Origin: Roseateles sp.
GTDB taxonomy: Bacteria; Pseudomonadota; Gammaproteobacteria; Burkholderiales; Burkholderiaceae_C
Assembly (NCBI GenBank): GCA_044357665.1
Contig: JBIKPD010000001.1
Location: 1-57,190 of the forward strand
DNA length: 57,190 bases
Direction of reading: 5' to 3'
The position numbers and the translations under genes were made by a program. Positions 52,476 to 57,190 of the stretch are shown here, in pieces (the first letter of the stretch is position 1; each line of letters opens with the position of its first letter). The notes below the pieces were generated by a model. That model worked only from the letters and a program-made list of their open reading frames with translations. It had not been told where the DNA came from and did no database searches.

Positions 52476-53455
52476 ACCTGGATTTGTCAATCGATCCGCA
52501 ATCCCTCGGCAAAGTGGCCGTCTTGATGGGTGGCAGTTCGGCCGAGCGCGAGGTCTCGCTACTGTCGGGTGCGGGCGTGCTGCAGGCTTTGCGATCGACC
52601 GGCGTCGACGCGCAGGCTTTCGATCCAGCCTTGCAGCCGCTGCATCTGCTCAAGCAGCAAGGCTTCGACCGCTGTTTCATCGCCTTGCATGGACGGCATG
52701 GCGAGGACGGTACCGTGCAAGGCGCGCTCGAGTTGATGGGCATACCCTATACCGGCTCGGGTGTGATGGCTTCCAGCGTGGCGATCGACAAGATCACCAC
52801 CAAGCGTTTGTGGCGCGCCGATGGCCTCAGCACGCCGCGCTGGTTGAGCCTCGACCGCGACCAGTTGTCCACCGAGCTGGTCGACAGGACGATGGCCGAA
52901 CTGGGTCTGCCTTTGTTCGTCAAGCCGCCGCATGAGGGTTCGAGCATTGGCATCTCCAAGGTGTCGAACCGCAGCGAGATGCAGGCGGCGTTAGCCAGCG
53001 CGGCGCAGTTCGACCGTAGTCTGCTGTGCGAGGAGTTCATCGACGGGCCTGAGTTGACCTGCCCGGTGCTGGGCGAAGGCGCAGATGCCATCGCGCTGCC
53101 GGTCATCCGGATCGAGGCCGCAGGAGGCAACTACGATTACCAGAACAAGTACTTCACCGACACGACGCGTTACCTGATCGGCTCGCTCAGCGAAGAGCAG
53201 GAACTTGCAATCCAGGCCTTGGTGCTGGCGGCTTACCGCTCGCTCGGCTGCCGCGGTTGGGGTCGTGCCGATCTGATGCTGCGCAAGAGCGATGGCAAGC
53301 CATTTTTGCTGGAGATGAATACGTCGCCGGGCATGACTTCGCATTCGCTGGTGCCGATGTCGGCCAAGGCTGCAGGCATCTCCTACGAGCAGCTCTGTCT
53401 GTGGCTGATTGCCCAGGCGAAGCTGGACAGCTTGTCCTCCACCGGTCAGGACTGA
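52472..53455 (+). CDS. ddl: D-alanine--D-alanine ligase
   Basis: [35 protein letters not shown]. Confidence 0.97.
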   Translation: MNLDLSIDPQSLGKVAVLMGGSSAEREVSLLSGAGVLQALRSTGVDAQAFDPALQPLHLLKQQGFDRCFIALHGRHGEDGTVQGALELMGIPYTGSGVMASSVAIDKITTKRLWRADGLSTPRWLSLDRDQLSTELVDRTMAELGLPLFVKPPHEGSSIGISKVSNRSEMQAALASAAQFDRSLLCEEFIDGPELTCPVLGEGADAIALPVIRIEAAGGNYDYQNKYFTDTTRYLIGSLSEEQELAIQALVLAAYRSLGCRGWGRADLMLRKSDGKPFLLEMNTSPGMTSHSLVPMSAKAAGISYEQLCLWLIAQAKLDSLSSTGQD

Positions 53456-53457
53456 CC

Positions 53458-54288
53458 ATGCCAGCCGCCCCGATCGCCAAACTGCTGCCGCCCGACATCC
53501 GCCTGATGAATGCGGTGTCGGCTTTGCTATTGGCGGGGTTGCTGCTGCTGGCGGCGGGCTTGCTGCTGCGCTGGGTCACGCGCTTGCCGGCATTCGCAAT
53601 CCGCGCGATCGTCGTCGAAGGCGATGTGGCGCGCAATAGCGTCGCTTCGCTGCGGGCCAATGCGCTGCCGAAGCTGTCGGGTTCATTTCTCAGCATGAAT
53701 TTGCAAAACGGTCGGCGCGCCTTTGAGGCGGTTCCCTGGGTGCGCCGCGCGACGCTGCAGCGGGTCTGGCCGAATCGCCTACGGGTCAAGCTCGAAGAGC
53801 ATCAACCGGCCGCTTACTGGGAAGCGGTCGGAGTCAATGCGCAAAGCGGCGCCAGCGCCGAGATGCTGCTGGTGAACAGTTTTGGGGAGCTCTTTCAGGC
53901 CAATCTGGGCGATGTCGAGGATGAGAAGTTGCCGATATTGGCCGGACCGAACGGAAAATCGGCCGCGCTATTGCAGATGTGGAAACGGCTGCAGAGTCTG
54001 GCGGACCCGCTCGAAGAACATATCGACCGTCTCGATCTGTCCGGCCGCGGCTCCTGGCGCTTGACGCTCGAGAATGGCGCGGTGATTGAAATCGGACGCG
54101 GCAGCGATGATGAAGTACTCGCGCGCTTCGGCCAGTTCGTGCGGACGCGAGAGCAAATTACCTCGCGTTATAAAACTCAGGTGTTGTCCGCAGATCTGCG
54201 TCACGGCGACGGGTATGCGGTGCGGTTGCGTGGAATATCGACGACACCGAATCCGGGTAAACCCGGATTGGCTGGCGCAAGAAACTAA
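53458..54288 (+). CDS. ftsQ: Cell division protein
   Basis: TM helix, POTRA-like PWVRRA...WPNRL, DLRH; position in dcw cluster. Confidence 0.93.
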   Translation: MPAAPIAKLLPPDIRLMNAVSALLLAGLLLLAAGLLLRWVTRLPAFAIRAIVVEGDVARNSVASLRANALPKLSGSFLSMNLQNGRRAFEAVPWVRRATLQRVWPNRLRVKLEEHQPAAYWEAVGVNAQSGASAEMLLVNSFGELFQANLGDVEDEKLPILAGPNGKSAALLQMWKRLQSLADPLEEHIDRLDLSGRGSWRLTLENGAVIEIGRGSDDEVLARFGQFVRTREQITSRYKTQVLSADLRHGDGYAVRLRGISTTPNPGKPGLAGARN

Positions 54289-54302
54289 GAAAGAGAAAAA
54301 TC

Positions 54303-55532
54303 ATGGCCAAAGAATACAAGGATCTGGTTGTCGGTCTCGATATTGGCACTGCCAAGATCATGGCTGTGGTCGCCGAGGTTCTGGGCAATGGCGAGTTACG
54401 CATCGCCGGGCTCGGCGTGGCGCAATCAAATGGCCTCAAACGGGGTGTGGTAGTAAATATCGACGCCACCGTGCAATCGATCCAGCAGGCCTTGAAAGAG
54501 GCTGAAATGATGGCCGACTGCAAGATCAGTCGGGTTTTCACGGGTATTACCGGCAGCCATATACGCGGACAGAATTCAACCGGCATGGTGATCGTGCGCG
54601 ACAAGGAGGTCACGCCGGTCGATGTGGCCAGGGTGGTGGAAACCGCCAAGGCAATCAACATCCCTAACGACCAGCGCCTTTTGCTGGTCGAGCCGCAGGA
54701 ATTCGTCATCGACGGCCATGAGGTCAAGGAGCCGATCGGCATGAGCGGCGGCCGACTCGAGGTCAAGGTCCACATCGTCACGGGCGCCCAGAGCGCGGCC
54801 GAGAACATCGTCAAGTGCGTGCGTCGTTGCGGTCTGGAAGTCGATCAATTGGTGCTCAACCCCAGCGCTTCAAGTCTGGCGGTGTTGACCAATGACGAGC
54901 GTGATCTCGGTGTGGCCTTGGTCGACATCGGCGCCGGCACCACCGACGTGGCGATTTTCACCGGTGGATCGATCCGTCATACCGCCGTGATCCCGATCGC
55001 CGGCGACTTGATCACCAGCGACATCGCGATGGCCTTGCGTACGCCGACCAAGGATGCCGAGGAAATCAAGGTTGAACATGGCGTGGCCAAGCAGCTCTTG
55101 GCCGATCCGGCCGATCAGGTCGAAGTGCCGGGTCTGGGCGACAGGGCGCCGCGGATGTTGTCCAAGCAGGCGCTGGCTGGCGTGATCGAGCCACGGGTTG
55201 AGGAAATATTTGCGCTGGTGCACCAGGTCATCAGGGAAAGCGGCTACGAGGAACTGCTCTCCTCGGGGATTGTCCTGACGGGCGGTTCGGCGGTGATGCC
55301 GGGCATGGTCGAGTTGGCTGAGGACATATTTCTCAAACCAGTGCGCCGCGGTAATCCGACTTATGGTGGCGCTTTATCCGACATGGTGGCGAATCCACGC
55401 TCGGCCACTGTGATGGGTTTGCTGGAGGAGGCGAGGCTGTCGCGAACCCGGGGTTTGAAGGCGGCCCAGCAGGCCGGTTCCATGAAAACAATGTTCGGAC
55501 GGGCGAAGGATTGGTTCCTGGGGAATTTTTGA
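54303..55532 (+). CDS. ftsA: Cell division protein
   Basis: GLDIGTAK, DIGAGTTD, VLTGG. Confidence 0.98.
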   Translation: MAKEYKDLVVGLDIGTAKIMAVVAEVLGNGELRIAGLGVAQSNGLKRGVVVNIDATVQSIQQALKEAEMMADCKISRVFTGITGSHIRGQNSTGMVIVRDKEVTPVDVARVVETAKAINIPNDQRLLLVEPQEFVIDGHEVKEPIGMSGGRLEVKVHIVTGAQSAAENIVKCVRRCGLEVDQLVLNPSASSLAVLTNDERDLGVALVDIGAGTTDVAIFTGGSIRHTAVIPIAGDLITSDIAMALRTPTKDAEEIKVEHGVAKQLLADPADQVEVPGLGDRAPRMLSKQALAGVIEPRVEEIFALVHQVIRESGYEELLSSGIVLTGGSAVMPGMVELAEDIFLKPVRRGNPTYGGALSDMVANPRSATVMGLLEEARLSRTRGLKAAQQAGSMKTMFGRAKDWFLGNF

Positions 55533-55632
55533 ATCAAAAAACTCGAAAAAAACAGCAAAAATGCAAAAATAAAATCTGGTTCTATGGTTTTTCAATGGTT
55601 ATTGGCGGCACAATTGCTCAAGGAGAAATTAT

Positions 55633-56853
55633 ATGGCGATCGAAATGATCGAAGAGTTTGACCAAGGTACCCAAATCAAGGTAATCGGGGTTGGTGGCGG
55701 CGGCGGCAATGCAGTTGAGCACATGATTGCTCAAGGTGTGCTGGGTGTGGAATTCATCTGCGCCAATACCGATGCCCAGGCCCTGAACCGCTCTAAAGCG
55801 GATCAACTCCTGCAATTGGGAACTTCGGGCCTGGGTGCCGGCGCCAAACCCGAGATGGGTAAAGAGGCGGCGATTGAAGCTGAGGAACGCATCCGCGAGG
55901 CGATACAGGGCGCGCATATGCTGTTCATCACCGCCGGCATGGGTGGTGGAACCGGCACTGGCGCAGCGCCGGTGATCGCAAGGGTGGCGCGGGAAATGGG
56001 CATCCTGACGGTCGGCGTGGTTACCAAACCATTCGATTTCGAGGGTATTCGACGTTCCAAGGCCGCAGATGCTGGCCTGGCTGAACTCGAGGCCAATGTT
56101 GATTCGCTGATCGTCGTGCTGAATGACAAGTTGCTCGATGTGCTCGGCGACGATGTCACACAAGATCAGGCATTTGCCCATGCGAATGACGTGCTGAAGA
56201 ATGCAGTTGGCGGCATTTCGGACATTATTCATATACCTGGCTTGGTCAACGTCGACTTCGAAGACGTCAAGACCGTGATGAGCGAGCCAGGCAAGGCGAT
56301 GATGGGTACAGCCCAAGCTAGCGGCCCTGATCGCGCCACCAAGGCTGCCGAAGCGGCGGTTGCTTGCCCATTGCTCGAAGGCATCGATTTGTCCGGCGCG
56401 CGCGGCGTGCTGGTGCTGATCGCGGCCAACCGCACGACGTTCAAGCTGAGCGAATCACGCAATGCGATGAACGCGATCAAGCGCTATGCATCTGACGAGG
56501 CCCATATCATCTATGGCACGGCCTATGACGAAAGTCTCGGCGATGCCTTGCGCGTTACGGTGATCGCAACCGGCTTGTCTTCACCGCGAGCGCGGCAGCA
56601 ACCGCCGGTGCTGGTGCAGCAAACCCAGGTTCATCTGCGCACCGGAACCGACAATATGCCGGTTCTGGGTCAGCCCATCGCTTCAGCCGGGCAAGCCGGT
56701 ATGGGCAGCATGGGGGGTAAGGACTATGCCGGGCTGAGCGTGCCAAGCGTCTGGCGACATGGCCGCACTGCTGCAGCCAAGGTTGAAGCCTTGTCTTCGA
56801 ACGGCATGGACGAGATCGAAATACCAGCCTTCTTGCGTAAGCAGGCAGACTGA
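55633..56853 (+). CDS. ftsZ: Cell division GTPase
   Basis: GVGGGGGNAV, GMGGGTGTGAAP, C-terminal IPAFLRKQAD. Confidence 0.99.
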   Translation: MAIEMIEEFDQGTQIKVIGVGGGGGNAVEHMIAQGVLGVEFICANTDAQALNRSKADQLLQLGTSGLGAGAKPEMGKEAAIEAEERIREAIQGAHMLFITAGMGGGTGTGAAPVIARVAREMGILTVGVVTKPFDFEGIRRSKAADAGLAELEANVDSLIVVLNDKLLDVLGDDVTQDQAFAHANDVLKNAVGGISDIIHIPGLVNVDFEDVKTVMSEPGKAMMGTAQASGPDRATKAAEAAVACPLLEGIDLSGARGVLVLIAANRTTFKLSESRNAMNAIKRYASDEAHIIYGTAYDESLGDALRVTVIATGLSSPRARQQPPVLVQQTQVHLRTGTDNMPVLGQPIASAGQAGMGSMGGKDYAGLSVPSVWRHGRTAAAKVEALSSNGMDEIEIPAFLRKQAD

Positions 56854-56882
56854 TGCGCGAGCCCGTTACGGGCTCCGACCAG

Positions 56883-56933
56883 AAGCCCGAAGCGGTGAAG
56901 CCTGTTGCTTGCCGTTCCGGGCTTGTTTTTTTT
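56883..56933 (+). terminator. Putative intrinsic terminator after ftsZ
   Basis: Imperfect stem AAGCCCG...CGGGCTT followed by G and T8; a second hairpin GAGCCCGT-T-ACGGGCTC lies at 56859-56875. Confidence 0.65.
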
Positions 56934-57190
56934 GGGTCTGCGCTGCTCGCCGTTTTGTCTGTTGCGCCGGCTTGGGCGCAAGGGTTTTCGCCATCCTCCG
57001 ATCGTTTGAATAGCTCGGCCGTCGCCTTGGCGTTGCTGGGCCTCTTTGCGCTCGGCTTATGGGCGAGGCAGCGTGCCGAATCGGGTTATCTATTCTTCGC
57101 GCTGGCAACATTGGCAAGCCTGTTGATCGAGCCAGCGGCTTCGGTCGGCTTGTCACCCTGGGCCAGATGGTTCTCTGCCGCGGCAAGTTC

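Noticed and set aside
56854-57190. lpxC or another CDS after ftsZ
   Set aside because: No LpxC-like start is recognisable and the short ORFs here lack support; the window ends.

Overview
GC-rich betaproteobacterial (Burkholderiales-like) chromosomal core region. In order: 3' end of nrdB, a histone H1-like AAPAKK-repeat protein, DUF3426/prmA/accC/accB/aroQ/tlpA/mtgA/aroE/tonB-like/RNB genes, a modBAC-modE operon with a ModE box, a two-gene cyanophycin synthetase locus with its ABC transporter and DUF1854-like partner, a LiuR-box-preceded ivd-can-aceK-thiolase-acyl-CoA dehydrogenase operon, copA/copZ, iorAB, RNase P RNA, an MFS exporter, a MITE and the dcw cluster (mraZ to ftsZ). No transposase, integrase, reverse transcriptase or cas gene is visible. 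The most unusual signal is in the intergenic DNA. At three unrelated housekeeping genes (accC 5' end, ivd 3' end, ftsW 3' end), and possibly nrdB, there are tandem arrays (periods 110, 149, 105 and 86 bp) whose units combine a copy of the gene terminus with a cluster of small hairpins. In the three clear cases the gene copy resumes at a Glu codon (G^AAA) directly after a shared 10-nt end (SGSCGVAGCC|AAA). The copies differ from the live gene mostly at synonymous positions, and the units form open mini-ORFs that could relay translation across the insert. My inference is a non-autonomous, gene-terminus-replacing mini-element family acted on in trans; I cannot check here whether it has been described.
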